From Nemertoderma westbladi (lineage: Eukaryota; Animalia; Xenacoelomorpha): a DNA stretch of 45,939 nucleotides. The translations under genes were made by a program, and so were the position numbers. The stretch covers positions 1-45,939 of the forward strand of contig JAUCBJ010008010.1 of the NCBI GenBank assembly GCA_032718475.1, given 5' to 3'. The notes below the pieces were generated by a model, which saw only the letters and a list, made by a program, of their open reading frames with translations, was not told the origin of the DNA and did no database searches. Of this stretch, positions 13,501-23,654 are shown piece after piece. Position 1 is the stretch's first letter. Each line of letters starts with the position of its first letter.

Positions 13501-14039
13501 TGTGACGGGATCCAGGAGGGATCCCGATTTATCCGATGTGGTATTTAGTCCACGCGTCCCCGCCGTGTATGAGAGTGAAATAAAGATAACTGAGTTCTGA
13601 AGTTCGGTGTATAATAATAGGTTATAGGATATAGATATATTGTGAATTATACGGTAGGCGGGATACGGTAACTAAAGTCCCGTGATCCCCTAACTAAACT
13701 AACTGGCTGTACCCTACGCTAGCACTGCTGCACTGAGATAACTGAATCACTGATTAATAGGTTATTGGTTATATTGCACGGTGGCCTTACTGCTACTCAA
13801 TCGATGCCATTCCCCCCTCTGATTGGTTAATACCCTTGTTGGCGCCCCGTGGAGTATTCCCGTTCACTCCACCTGTTCTCTCTGGGATTAGGGGTTTGGC
13901 CCCTGACCCTCTATTGTGTGCTTCCTTCCCACTCTTATTGGGATGGCACGAGTTGGTTAATTGCCCAATCTCGTGGCTCCCAATATTGCTTATCGGCTAA
14001 TAACTTTATGGGGTGTTGGCGGGATTGAATAAGCTAACA
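13501..14039 (-). repeat. 3' LTR (539 bp)
   Basis: TGTGACGGGA...AAGCTAACA on +. By eye identical to 29100-29637 except for one small cluster (TCTGGGATTAGG vs CTTGGGTTAGG near 13881/29480). Confidence 0.97.
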
Positions 14040-14048
14040 CTCCCCCCC
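14040..14048 (-). other. Polypurine tract
   Basis: Minus strand reads GGGGGGGAG immediately before the TGTTAG start of the 3' LTR. Confidence 0.85.
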
Positions 14049-14747
14049 ATGCTATCTTCCCGGTAAGAAGATAGCATCAACCAAAAAAGTGCGCTACAAT
14101 CCCGCTGGATCCCGATCTAGTATCGGGTGTGGGGTGGAATTCTTTTCTCTTGGAGCCGGCTTTCCAGGCCGCCCCCTATGGGTATGATAACGCTACCCTG
14201 TGTGCCTGGCGTCTCATGTCGGGCCGATCGCGCTCACCTCTTCACGCGATTTTTGTTTCCCCAACACTTTCGCCCTACCTCCCCTCTACTCTCACCCTAA
14301 CTCTCTCATACCCCCGGACCTCCTCGTCCCTCACTCAGCCTCTTATTCTCCCCCCCCCACACTAGAATTGCGCTCGCACTCTCTCCGCACTTCACACTCT
14401 TATTCCGATTCTCAACTCCACTTTGACTGTTTTATCTCTCCTGACGAACCTCCCCCCCCTCTCGTGCCGCCGCACTCAAGAAGCGTGAAATTGTCAGTTG
14501 TCTCGTCCATAGTGCCATAGTCAATTGTCCCCCAGTCCCAGTAGCTAATTGAGAAAGGTTGTATGACTATAGTACTTACTCCAAACGTATGTATTTTACT
14601 GCTAATCACTACGTACGTACATACGAATTGCACTTATATGGTTATTTGCATTAATTAAATTTATACTTAATAGTTCGTACGTTACATGCGGCGCCTTCCA
14701 GGCGCACCACTTCCCAGTCTCAGTCTCATTCCCTCGTCTCCGGGAAC

Positions 14748-17282
14748 TTATCTGTTCCTCCTCACATCCTCTTCCCTGGCCCGTTTCTTGGTTATCACCG
14801 CTCCTCTGGCATCATCCGCTTTCTGCTTCCGGACCTTCGCTGCCACTTCCTTGCTGATCCCGGTCGTCGGCTCCTTGGGCGCTGGTGTTATTAAAGCCCG
14901 ATACCGCTTCGCCGGTGGCCCCTCAGAATGGCCTGGTTGTCTCCCTCGTGTGGCATCCCATAGGATCATTTTCATTGCCTTTGGTACGTGTTCCGCCAAG
15001 AAATCCCTAAACTCCCTCCGGTTCTCTGGTGTCCACCTGTCCAGGTACCGTTGCGTGTTCATAACTCCGGCGAACGATGCCGCCGTAGCTACCTCTTGAT
15101 AGGTAAACGGTAACCTTCGCTTTATGATTTCCATGTGGGTCTCCTGGTTTATGAGGAAGAAACCCCACTTGAACTCTTGGGCCTTCATGCGCTGGCGCGT
15201 CATGGCCCCGACGTCGGCCCACTCCTCGAACCTCGTGAACTTCTCCTCGTCGCTCATCCAGTCGCACTCGCGTCCGTAGTGTCCCCGAAAGTGGCACTTT
15301 GGACATCGGTTATGCAACCGTGGACACGCCCCCATCCTGTGACTTGGTTCTCTGCAGTAGAGACAAAAGGTTCCCCGTTGGAACCGGTATAGGCAGCTGC
15401 TTTCCCGATGGGTCTGTCTCCCACAGTAGTCGCAGCCGAGTACCAATGTCTCGCGTCCCACCTCGTCCTTCGTCCCAAGCGATCTCCGCGGTCTATGGAG
15501 TCGCTGGTAGGCAAACTTCTCCACGTTGCTCTCCCTGTTTACGTCTATCTCTCCGCCCCTTTCGGGCATCGTCTCCCCGAATACTATCCGTGGTGCCGTT
15601 CCCGGTTGCTCGCCCAACCTGATGGTGCTCCCCGCGAAATCCATCGCCGGCCCCTCGTGCACCCAGGTCCGCTTGCCGGATCTGTTCCAGAAGGCCCTCG
15701 CCCCACTGGCCGTCACCACCCTTCCGCCAACCCAGTCTGTGTCCGAGTGGCCTATCCTTTCGATGGGCGGCATCTCTCCGAACTCGTCGTCGTCGTCCTC
15801 CTCTTCCGGTAGTGTCTCCAATCCCGGTATCCCGATGGATCCACTATGTCCCTTCCCGCCTTGGCTCTCGCCCGTAGCTCTCCATCCCTCTAGCTCCCTT
15901 AACTTCCTTGGCGGTTGGTCGCCCTCGGCGCCCGCTGGCATGGGCATCGTTTGCAACCCCGACGTCGACTGTTTCGGCGATCCCACCGTCCATCCCAATT
16001 CTCGCCCTAGAGACTCCCCCGAACTCCCTGACGAAGTCCAATGAAGCTCGTCTAGGCCCGCCTGTTCCTCGAAGCCGTAGCTCTGTGCCCTGGCCTCCTC
16101 TTCCCTTTCCTCTGCTTCTATCCTCTCCCGTCTAGCGACTTCTTCCAGTCGCTTTGCTTCTCGTCTGTCCATCTCTAGCTGCTCCCATCTCTGATACGGT
16201 GTATCTGTCTCCCCATCTACCAGATGTCGGCTGTTGTAGTACACCGACTCGCCCTTCAGCCCCGGGTGGTCTACCAGACCGTCAAAGGCCGTCTTAAAGG
16301 CTCTCCTGTAGCTTAGGGGTGATCCCGATAACAGAAATGCCCCTGGTTCCCTTTCGATAACTACGGTCATGAATAAGTTAAGCAGACTTATCATCATCCA
16401 GTCCTCCTGCAGGATATATCGCTTCTGATATACCTTTATCGCTCCTCTGCGAAACTGATATACCTCCTGCTTTCCCGGTCTCGCTCCCCACTTCAGCGAG
16501 TTCGCTAGTTCTGCTCCGTATTCTTCCCTAAACTTCCCCCAATCCATTGGTTTGTGGCATACGAGCCCCAATAATTGGCCCATCGCCACCGCCCCGCATT
16601 GGCCTGAGTTCTCGACCACCCCCAATCCATCCGGTGCCGTCATAGCCATAAAGACTTTCTGCATATCCAGGAGGTTGGTGGCGTCCGGACCGATGATCCT
16701 CTCCGCGTCCTCGCGAATCGCCGATCCCACTTTCGTCGTCGACTTCTCTCTTACTAAGACTTGTACCGCTTTCGGCAGTCGGTCTAATTTCGGCCCGTCC
16801 TTCTTCCCATACGTCCCTAGGTCGAATAAGAAGATGTCCCCATTCGGCGCGGCCAAATGTAGGAGTATGGTCCTGGCCGACCCTGCCGTTCCTCGTCTTG
16901 AACCCGCTTCGTCCTCCACGGTTCCCTCGTCATCTAGGATCATGTATCCTCCTCTGTTGACGGACTCTATGAATCTTTTCCAGTCCTTCCTCGGCGATTC
17001 CCTCGGATACTTCGGAATCCCGAACTTCGCTTCGTCTCCTTTCACCACGTAGTGGAAGTGTTGGAAGATCGCGTTGTCCAGCGACGGCGTCCCGTAGGTC
17101 CCGACCAACCGCTGTTCGTGCGCCTCCCGGAAGTGATCCTGCAGCGCTCGTGCCGCGTGACCCCTTTCCAACCTCTCGTAGTATCCTCTCGTCTTCTCCT
17201 CCGGGTGTCTTTCGGTGAAATCCACCAATATTTCTTTTCCTCCTGACTCCGCCTTTCTCTTCCTGATCAGCTTACTCGCCAT
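14748..17282 (-). CDS. Retrotransposon extra ORF: DEDDy (RNase D/WRN/EXD/MUT-7-like) 3'-5' exonuclease plus three CCHC zinc knuckles, 844 aa from first ATG
   Basis: ExoI YMILDDEG; LLHLAAPNGDIFLFDL; LPKAVQVLV...KVGSAIREDA (ExoII); LLDMQ; GAVAMGQLLG; Q.RYILQED (ExoIII-like), all within ~16390-16960. CDYCGRQTHRESSC, CLYCREPSHRMGAC and CPKCHFRGHYGREC at 15264-15434. ORF is uninterrupted; ATG context GGAATGG. Confidence 0.85.
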   Translation of the reverse strand: MASKLIRKRKAESGGKEILVDFTERHPEEKTRGYYERLERGHAARALQDHFREAHEQRLVGTYGTPSLDNAIFQHFHYVVKGDEAKFGIPKYPRESPRKDWKRFIESVNRGGYMILDDEGTVEDEAGSRRGTAGSARTILLHLAAPNGDIFLFDLGTYGKKDGPKLDRLPKAVQVLVREKSTTKVGSAIREDAERIIGPDATNLLDMQKVFMAMTAPDGLGVVENSGQCGAVAMGQLLGLVCHKPMDWGKFREEYGAELANSLKWGARPGKQEVYQFRRGAIKVYQKRYILQEDWMMISLLNLFMTVVIEREPGAFLLSGSPLSYRRAFKTAFDGLVDHPGLKGESVYYNSRHLVDGETDTPYQRWEQLEMDRREAKRLEEVARRERIEAEEREEEARAQSYGFEEQAGLDELHWTSSGSSGESLGRELGWTVGSPKQSTSGLQTMPMPAGAEGDQPPRKLRELEGWRATGESQGGKGHSGSIGIPGLETLPEEEDDDDEFGEMPPIERIGHSDTDWVGGRVVTASGARAFWNRSGKRTWVHEGPAMDFAGSTIRLGEQPGTAPRIVFGETMPERGGEIDVNRESNVEKFAYQRLHRPRRSLGTKDEVGRETLVLGCDYCGRQTHRESSCLYRFQRGTFCLYCREPSHRMGACPRLHNRCPKCHFRGHYGRECDWMSDEEKFTRFEEWADVGAMTRQRMKAQEFKWGFFLINQETHMEIIKRRLPFTYQEVATAASFAGVMNTQRYLDRWTPENRREFRDFLAEHVPKAMKMILWDATRGRQPGHSEGPPAKRYRALITPAPKEPTTGISKEVAAKVRKQKADDARGAVITKKRAREEDVRRNR

Positions 17283-17784
17283 TCCGAACACTACACTCGC
17301 TCACCTGTAGGGTGGTGCCTTACCAAGGCGCAATACAGATGAGTGATGTATTAAGATGTTTCGTACAGTTCGATAATGGCCTACTTTTCTACTTAACTGC
17401 GCCTTTCAAGCTTAATTTAATCTAATTAATTTCGGAGCTAGTAAATCAGCCTAATTTACAATTTCCGTCCGTTACTTTTATTATGTTCTAGAACGACTTT
17501 CTTTGTGTTACCACTATTTTCCGATTTTTAGCCCTATTCTATTTATTTATTTATTTGCTTTGATTCTACTGTCCTACTACTTACTACTGCCTATGGATTT
17601 ATTCTATTCTCTCTCTGATCCATATTCTGGCCTACTCAGTGGGCCTATGCAGTACAGCAGTATGCGTCGTGTGGCCACACGATTTATCCAGCTGCACTCA
17701 TATGCCCCCCTCTCGCTACTAACTCTACTTACTGCTAACTAATATCTATATCCTATTTACCCCTTTTACCTCTTACTCTCTCTC

Positions 17785-18272
17785 TAACTAATGGTACTAC
17801 GTACCCTCTAACTCTAACTCTAACTAGGTACTACGTACCTACTAACTCTAACTCTATCGGTACTACCTACCCTCTAACTCTAACTCTAACTAGGTATTAC
17901 GTACCCTCTAACTCTAACTCTAACTAGGTACTACGTACCTACTAACTCTCTAACTATCGGTACTACCTACCCTCTAACTCTAACTCTAACTAGGTATTAC
18001 GTACCCTCTAACTCTAACTATCGGTACTACGTACCCTCTAACTCTCTAACTCTAGGTACTACGTACCTACTAACTCTAACTATCGGTACTACGTACCCTC
18101 TAACTCTCTAACTCTAGGTACTACGTACCTACTAACTCTCTAACTATCGGTACTACGTACCCTCTAACTCTCTAACTCTAGGTACTACGTACCTACTAAC
18201 TAACTAACTCTAGGTACTACGTACCTACTGACTAACTAACTCTAGGTACTACGTACCTACTAATTAACTAAC
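17785..18272. repeat. Hairpin minisatellite array, copy 1 (15 GGTACTACGTACC-type cores, 30-34 bp period)
   Basis: Cores start at 17793, 17827, 17859, 17893, 17927, 17959, 17993, 18023, 18055, 18085, 18117, 18149, 18181, 18213 and 18245, separated by (CTAACT)n-like spacers. Confidence 0.95.
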
Positions 18273-18371
18273 TTTTATTTTTATTTTTATTTTATTTTAT
18301 TTGTGTGGGAAGGGCGTCTCGCCCTCAATCCCACCCCCCTCAGTCCAAAACTTGGACGACTAAACCTCACA

Positions 18372-19320
18372 CTAACTCTGCTTTAAGGTGCTCCTTCTAG
18401 AAGACAGCATTTGCCTACCGCTCTCCTGTAGGTTTTTCTGTCCTTCGCACCTATCTTTCCACCTATCCGCACTTCTACCGATCGGACTCTTCCGTCCTCG
18501 TCGGAGTAGGTGCCTACAACTCTCGCCAACCGCCACTGGTTGTTGATGATAGTATATGATCCCCTCGCACTTCGCAAGTACTGTCCGTAAGACGTCTTCA
18601 GTGACCATGTGGGTGTTCATCAGCTTCGTCATTAGACGTTTTGAACTGCCCACGAGTCTCTCGACGCATCCTAATGTATGTGGTGCATACGGCGTCCTTC
18701 TCTCCCACTTCACTTGTCGTCTTCTCATGGCCGCCCTGACTTCTTCTCCCTCCAAGATGTCTAAGGCCTCTGCCATCTCACTCTCTGCGCCCACAAAGTT
18801 GGTGCCGTTGTCGCTATATATCACTGCGATCGTCCCACCCTTGCGGTCCCTAAACCTCTCTAAGGCGTTAATGAACGCTGATGCGGTTGCATCTTGGGCG
18901 AGTTCTATCCCCACCGCCCGCGTATTGTTGCATACGAAGATAATGCCGTAACGTTTCTCCGTGTGTCGCATCACTTTGATCTTTATCGGCCCGAACATGT
19001 CCACACCGCAATGCGTAAATGGCGGGTCGTGCTGTCTTACCCTACTCGCCGGTAGTGGCGCCATCTCCTGTACGGCTCGCTCCTTCTTCGCTCGTCGGCA
19101 GGTCTGGCACTGCCCCACTACCGCTTTCACCTTTTTCCTTAATTGTTTGACCCAATAGGTCCTTCTCATCTCTGTGAGGGTTCGGTTGGTGCCCCCATGC
19201 AGTATCGATTTGTGGGAGTCCCATATGATCTGGTGGACTATAGGCGATCCTGTGGGAATGATGATGGGTTTCGGTGGCACGACTATACTGTTGTTATATC
19301 CCACCCTAGAATTCATTACT
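18372..19320 (-). pseudogene. Duplicated integrase segment (HHCC plus DDE core)
   Basis: Identical to the last 314 aa of the 20671-23652 ORF; created by the tandem duplication. Confidence 0.9.
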
Positions 19321-19581
19321 TCGCTTCGCTTCGTCTCCTTTCACCACGTAGTGGAAGTGTTGGAAGATCGCGTTGTCCAGCGACGGCGTCCCGTAGGTCC
19401 CGACCAACCGCTGTTCGTGCGCCTCCCGGAAGTGATCCTGCAGCGCTCGTGCCGCGTGACCCCTTTCCAACCTCTCGTAGTATCCTCTCGTCTTCTCCTC
19501 CGGGTGTCTTTCGGTGAAATCCACCAATATTTCTTTTCCTCCTGACTCCGCCTTTCTCTTCCTGATCAGCTTACTCGCCAT
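19306..19581 (-). pseudogene. Truncated duplicate of the exonuclease ORF N-terminus
   Basis: MASKLIRKRK...GDEAK is identical to the start of the 14748-17282 ORF, then crosses the duplication junction and stops before the nuclease domain. Confidence 0.9.
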
Positions 19582-20083
19582 TCCGAACACTACACTCGCT
19601 CACCTGTAGGGTGGTGCCTTACCAAGGCGCAATACAGATGAGTGATGTATTAAGATGTTTCGTACAGTTCGATAATGGCCTACTTTTCTACTTAACTGCG
19701 CCTTTCAAGCTTAATTTAATCTAATTAATTTCGGAGCTAGTAAATCAGCCTAATTTACAATTTCCGTCCGTTACTTTTATTATGTTCTAGAACGACTTTC
19801 TTTGTGTTACCACTATTTTCCGATTTTTAGCCCTATTCTATTTATTTATTTATTTGCTTTGATTCTACTGTCCTACTACTTACTACTGCCTATGGATTTA
19901 TTCTATTCTCTCTCTGATCCATATTCTGGCCTACTCAGTGGGCCTATGCAGTACAGCAGTATGCGTCGTGTGGCCACACGATTTATCCAGCTGCACTCAT
20001 ATGCCCCCCTCTCGCTACTAACTCTACTTACTGCTAACTAATATCTATATCCTATTTACCCCTTTTACCTCTTACTCTCTCTC

Positions 20084-20571
20084 TAACTAATGGTACTACG
20101 TACCCTCTAACTCTAACTCTAACTAGGTACTACGTACCTACTAACTCTAACTCTATCGGTACTACCTACCCTCTAACTCTAACTCTAACTAGGTATTACG
20201 TACCCTCTAACTCTAACTCTAACTAGGTACTACGTACCTACTAACTCTCTAACTATCGGTACTACCTACCCTCTAACTCTAACTCTAACTAGGTATTACG
20301 TACCCTCTAACTCTAACTATCGGTACTACGTACCCTCTAACTCTCTAACTCTAGGTACTACGTACCTACTAACTCTAACTATCGGTACTACGTACCCTCT
20401 AACTCTCTAACTCTAGGTACTACGTACCTACTAACTCTCTAACTATCGGTACTACGTACCCTCTAACTCTCTAACTCTAGGTACTACGTACCTACTAACT
20501 AACTAACTCTAGGTACTACGTACCTACTGACTAACTAACTCTAGGTACTACGTACCTACTAACTAACTAAC
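20084..20571. repeat. Hairpin minisatellite array, copy 2
   Basis: Duplicate of 17785-18272 at +2299. Confidence 0.95.
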
Positions 20572-20670
20572 TTTTATTTTTATTTTTATTTTATTTTATT
20601 TGTGTGGGAAGGGCGTCTCGCCCTCAATCCCACCCCCCTCAGTCCAAAACTTGGACGACTAAACCTCACA

Positions 20671-23652
20671 CTAACTCTGCTTTAAGGTGCTCCTTCTAGA
20701 AGACAGCATTTGCCTACCGCTCTCCTGTAGGTTTTTCTGTCCTTCGCACCTATCTTTCCACCTATCCGCACTTCTACCGATCGGACTCTTCCGTCCTCGT
20801 CGGAGTAGGTGCCTACAACTCTCGCCAACCGCCACTGGTTGTTGATGATAGTATATGATCCCCTCGCACTTCGCAAGTACTGTCCGTAAGACGTCTTCAG
20901 TGACCATGTGGGTGTTCATCAGCTTCGTCATTAGACGTTTTGAACTGCCCACGAGTCTCTCGACGCATCCTAATGTATGTGGTGCATACGGCGTCCTTCT
21001 CTCCCACTTCACTTGTCGTCTTCTCATGGCCGCCCTGACTTCTTCTCCCTCCAAGATGTCTAAGGCCTCTGCCATCTCACTCTCTGCGCCCACAAAGTTG
21101 GTGCCGTTGTCGCTATATATCACTGCGATCGTCCCACCCTTGCGGTCCCTAAACCTCTCTAAGGCGTTAATGAACGCTGATGCGGTTGCATCTTGGGCGA
21201 GTTCTATCCCCACCGCCCGCGTATTGTTGCATACGAAGATAATGCCGTAACGTTTCTCCGTGTGTCGCATCACTTTGATCTTTATCGGCCCGAACATGTC
21301 CACACCGCAATGCGTAAATGGCGGGTCGTGCTGTCTTACCCTACTCGCCGGTAGTGGCGCCATCTCCTGTACGGCTCGCTCCTTCTTCGCTCGTCGGCAG
21401 GTCTGGCACTGCCCCACTACCGCTTTCACCTTTTTCCTTAATTGTTTGACCCAATAGGTCCTTCTCATCTCTGTGAGGGTTCGGTTGGTGCCCCCATGCA
21501 GTATCGATTTGTGGGAGTCCCATATGATCTGGTGGACTATAGGCGATCCTGTGGGAATGATGATGGGTTTCGGTGGCACGACTATACTGTTGTTATATCC
21601 CACCCTAGAATTCATTACTAGGATCCCATCCTCGTTGAGTTGTGGCGACAGCGTGATCAACTCGCTATCCCGTCGGAGGTGCTGTTGGTTACCGACACGT
21701 TCCACCTCGTCGCCGTAGTTCTTGCGTTGTTCATAGCGGATCACTGCCATGGCCGCTCCTTCCAGATCTATGGTTGTCCTGGTCTTCTTGTCCTTGCCGA
21801 CTCCCGCAAGGAAATTCCCAAAGGCTCTCCAGTACGCCACTAGTTTCTTGGTCTTATACCAACTAGAACTGTAGCTGAGGAGTTTATCCGTCGGGTTATC
21901 GCACAGTTCCCTTCCTGGTTGCACGTCCCTAATCTCCCTCACCATCTGGGAGTATATCTCTTCTCCCTCTGAATCTCCCTCTCCTTCTGATACTGGTTCC
22001 GAGCCCGGGTCCACCTTCTTCATCGGCGGCCAGGCCTCTCTATCGCTCAGAAATTGTGGCCCATGTTGCCACAATACTTCCTTCTTCAGGAAAGTGTGGC
22101 GTTCCACGCCCCTCGACAGCAAGTCCGCTGGGTTCTCATCTGTTGGGCAGTAGTGCCACCTTTCCAGTTCTGTGCTCGCCCTTATTTCGTCCACTCTATT
22201 CGCGACGAATATCGGGTATCTCGTCTTTTCGTTGTGTAGCCAACCAAGCACTACCATGGAGTCCGTCCAGTAGTGTGTCTCCACTATGTTGGGAATTGTA
22301 TCCACTAGGTAGGCTGTGGCTCTAACTCCTAGTCTCGCAGCTGTCAATTCTAACTTGGGAACAGATGCTGAATCTGGCGGCGTTGACTTAGCTTTGCTAA
22401 AGGCTAGTCTGGGCTTGTGAGGCCCCTCTCGTTGTACTAAATAGAGTGCCGCTCCGTATGCCTCTAACGACGCATCGGAGAACATATGTAAGTCCAGATC
22501 CGTCATGTTCCCGTCCGGAAAATACACTCGCGGCATGTTGTATGTTCCCATCCTTTCCAAGTCTCCTGTCCATTTGCTCCACTGTTTCTTGATGTCCTCT
22601 GGTACTTCTACATCCCACTCATCCTTCAATTTATATACTCTCTTGAGTATCTGTTTCCCCGTGACTAGTAGTGGGGATGCTAGGCCTAGGGGATCGTATA
22701 TCCTTGCTATATACGATACATAACCCCTCTTCGTATGGGTGTCTGCGCCCTCCTGGCTCAGCTGATACTTCAGTTCGTCTGTTTTCCTATCCCACACGAT
22801 TCCCAATGCCTTCTGCTGGGATTCCGTTCTCTTAATCGCCATGTCCTGTCCTCTGGCTGTTGTAGGGTTGTCCATGGTCGATTCTGGTTTCTTGTCTTCT
22901 ATTTCCTTGATGAATTCTTCTGAACTGGATTGGAATTTGGTCAGGTTGAAGCCGGATCCTTTCAGGATGTCGCGAACCTCGCGCCCTGTTTCCAGTATCT
23001 CCTCAACCGTATTTCCAGACTCCATACCGTCGTCTACGTAGAAGCCGCGTCTGATCATATCGACGGCCCTACTGCTGTATCTATCTTCCTTCCCCTTTAC
23101 CGTGTCTCTCACTGCCATAGTCGTCGTAAATGAGGACGACTTGGCCCCCATATTTTGTACTACCATCTTATACACTGGTATTACCGGCGGTTCTTCTTCG
23201 CCGTTATACCATAAGAAGCGTTGACTATCGCTATCTTCCTCTGTTACTCGGACTTGGTTGAACATGCCTTCTATGTCACACGTGAAGGCGTGTTTCCCAT
23301 TCCTAAATCTAAGTAGTACTTCTATGCCCGAATTGTATATGTTTGGGCCCTCTAGTAGGTAATCGTTTAAGCACTTTCCGTCGGTCTTTGCCGATGCATC
23401 GACTACCATCCTAAGTTTACCTTTCTTCGGGTCTAAAGCTACGTGGAGTGGCAGGTAGTATGTCCTGTCCGTGTTCGGTTCGTCGACCGGTAACTCCACG
23501 GCCCATCCCTTCTCGACGTACTTCTTGATCGTTTTGTGAATGTACTCGTTCTTCTCGGGGCTCCGTTGTAGTGTTTGTTTCAGCTTGCGGAGTCTCGTGA
23601 GTACCGTCCCTCTATTATCGGGTAGCGGTATCTTCGGTAGTTTCCATACCAT
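20671..23652 (-). CDS. pol: BEL/Pao Pol segment: reverse transcriptase, RNase H (Pao A17 region), integrase with damaged C-terminus
   Basis: YYLPLHVA..KLRMVVDASAK, LNDYLLEGP, CDIEGMFNQV, FYVDDG (RT); FSDASLEAYG, VPKLEL, WTDS, NPADLLSRG (RNase H); H.SILHGG...CQTC, GVDMFGP, SDNGTNF, GCVERLV (IN). The real C-terminus WRLARVV...DGRVRSVEV is in another frame (20682-20850). Confidence 0.93.
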   Translation of the reverse strand: MVWKLPKIPLPDNRGTVLTRLRKLKQTLQRSPEKNEYIHKTIKKYVEKGWAVELPVDEPNTDRTYYLPLHVALDPKKGKLRMVVDASAKTDGKCLNDYLLEGPNIYNSGIEVLLRFRNGKHAFTCDIEGMFNQVRVTEEDSDSQRFLWYNGEEEPPVIPVYKMVVQNMGAKSSSFTTTMAVRDTVKGKEDRYSSRAVDMIRRGFYVDDGMESGNTVEEILETGREVRDILKGSGFNLTKFQSSSEEFIKEIEDKKPESTMDNPTTARGQDMAIKRTESQQKALGIVWDRKTDELKYQLSQEGADTHTKRGYVSYIARIYDPLGLASPLLVTGKQILKRVYKLKDEWDVEVPEDIKKQWSKWTGDLERMGTYNMPRVYFPDGNMTDLDLHMFSDASLEAYGAALYLVQREGPHKPRLAFSKAKSTPPDSASVPKLELTAARLGVRATAYLVDTIPNIVETHYWTDSMVVLGWLHNEKTRYPIFVANRVDEIRASTELERWHYCPTDENPADLLSRGVERHTFLKKEVLWQHGPQFLSDREAWPPMKKVDPGSEPVSEGEGDSEGEEIYSQMVREIRDVQPGRELCDNPTDKLLSYSSSWYKTKKLVAYWRAFGNFLAGVGKDKKTRTTIDLEGAAMAVIRYEQRKNYGDEVERVGNQQHLRRDSELITLSPQLNEDGILVMNSRVGYNNSIVVPPKPIIIPTGSPIVHQIIWDSHKSILHGGTNRTLTEMRRTYWVKQLRKKVKAVVGQCQTCRRAKKERAVQEMAPLPASRVRQHDPPFTHCGVDMFGPIKIKVMRHTEKRYGIIFVCNNTRAVGIELAQDATASAFINALERFRDRKGGTIAVIYSDNGTNFVGAESEMAEALDILEGEEVRAAMRRRQVKWERRTPYAPHTLGCVERLVGSSKRLMTKLMNTHMVTEDVLRTVLAKCEGIIYYHQQPVAVGESCRHLLRRGRKSPIGRSADRWKDRCEGQKNLQESGRQMLSSRRSTLKQS

Positions 23653-23654
23653 TC

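Larger units (their letters stand above)
17025..21619. repeat. 2,299-bp internal tandem duplication (17025-19320 and 19324-21619)
   Basis: Constant 2299 offset; identical ORFs in the track (17503/19802, 18383/20682, 18556/20855). I noticed only one substitution (taattaac vs taactaac near 18264/20563). Confidence 0.95.

Noticed and set aside
14748-17282. Env glycoprotein in the third-ORF position
   Set aside because: No N-terminal signal peptide, Cys-rich ectodomain or C-terminal TM anchor; nuclease and knuckle motifs instead.
17785-18272. CRISPR-like appearance (palindromic repeat at ~32-bp spacing near a nuclease gene)
   Set aside because: Spacers are not unique but variants of CTAACT, there are no cas genes, and the context is a eukaryotic retrotransposon.
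17785-20571. Interstitial telomere
   Set aside because: TTAGAG units occur only 2-3 in a row between hairpin cores and are not a canonical TTAGGG/TTAGG tract.
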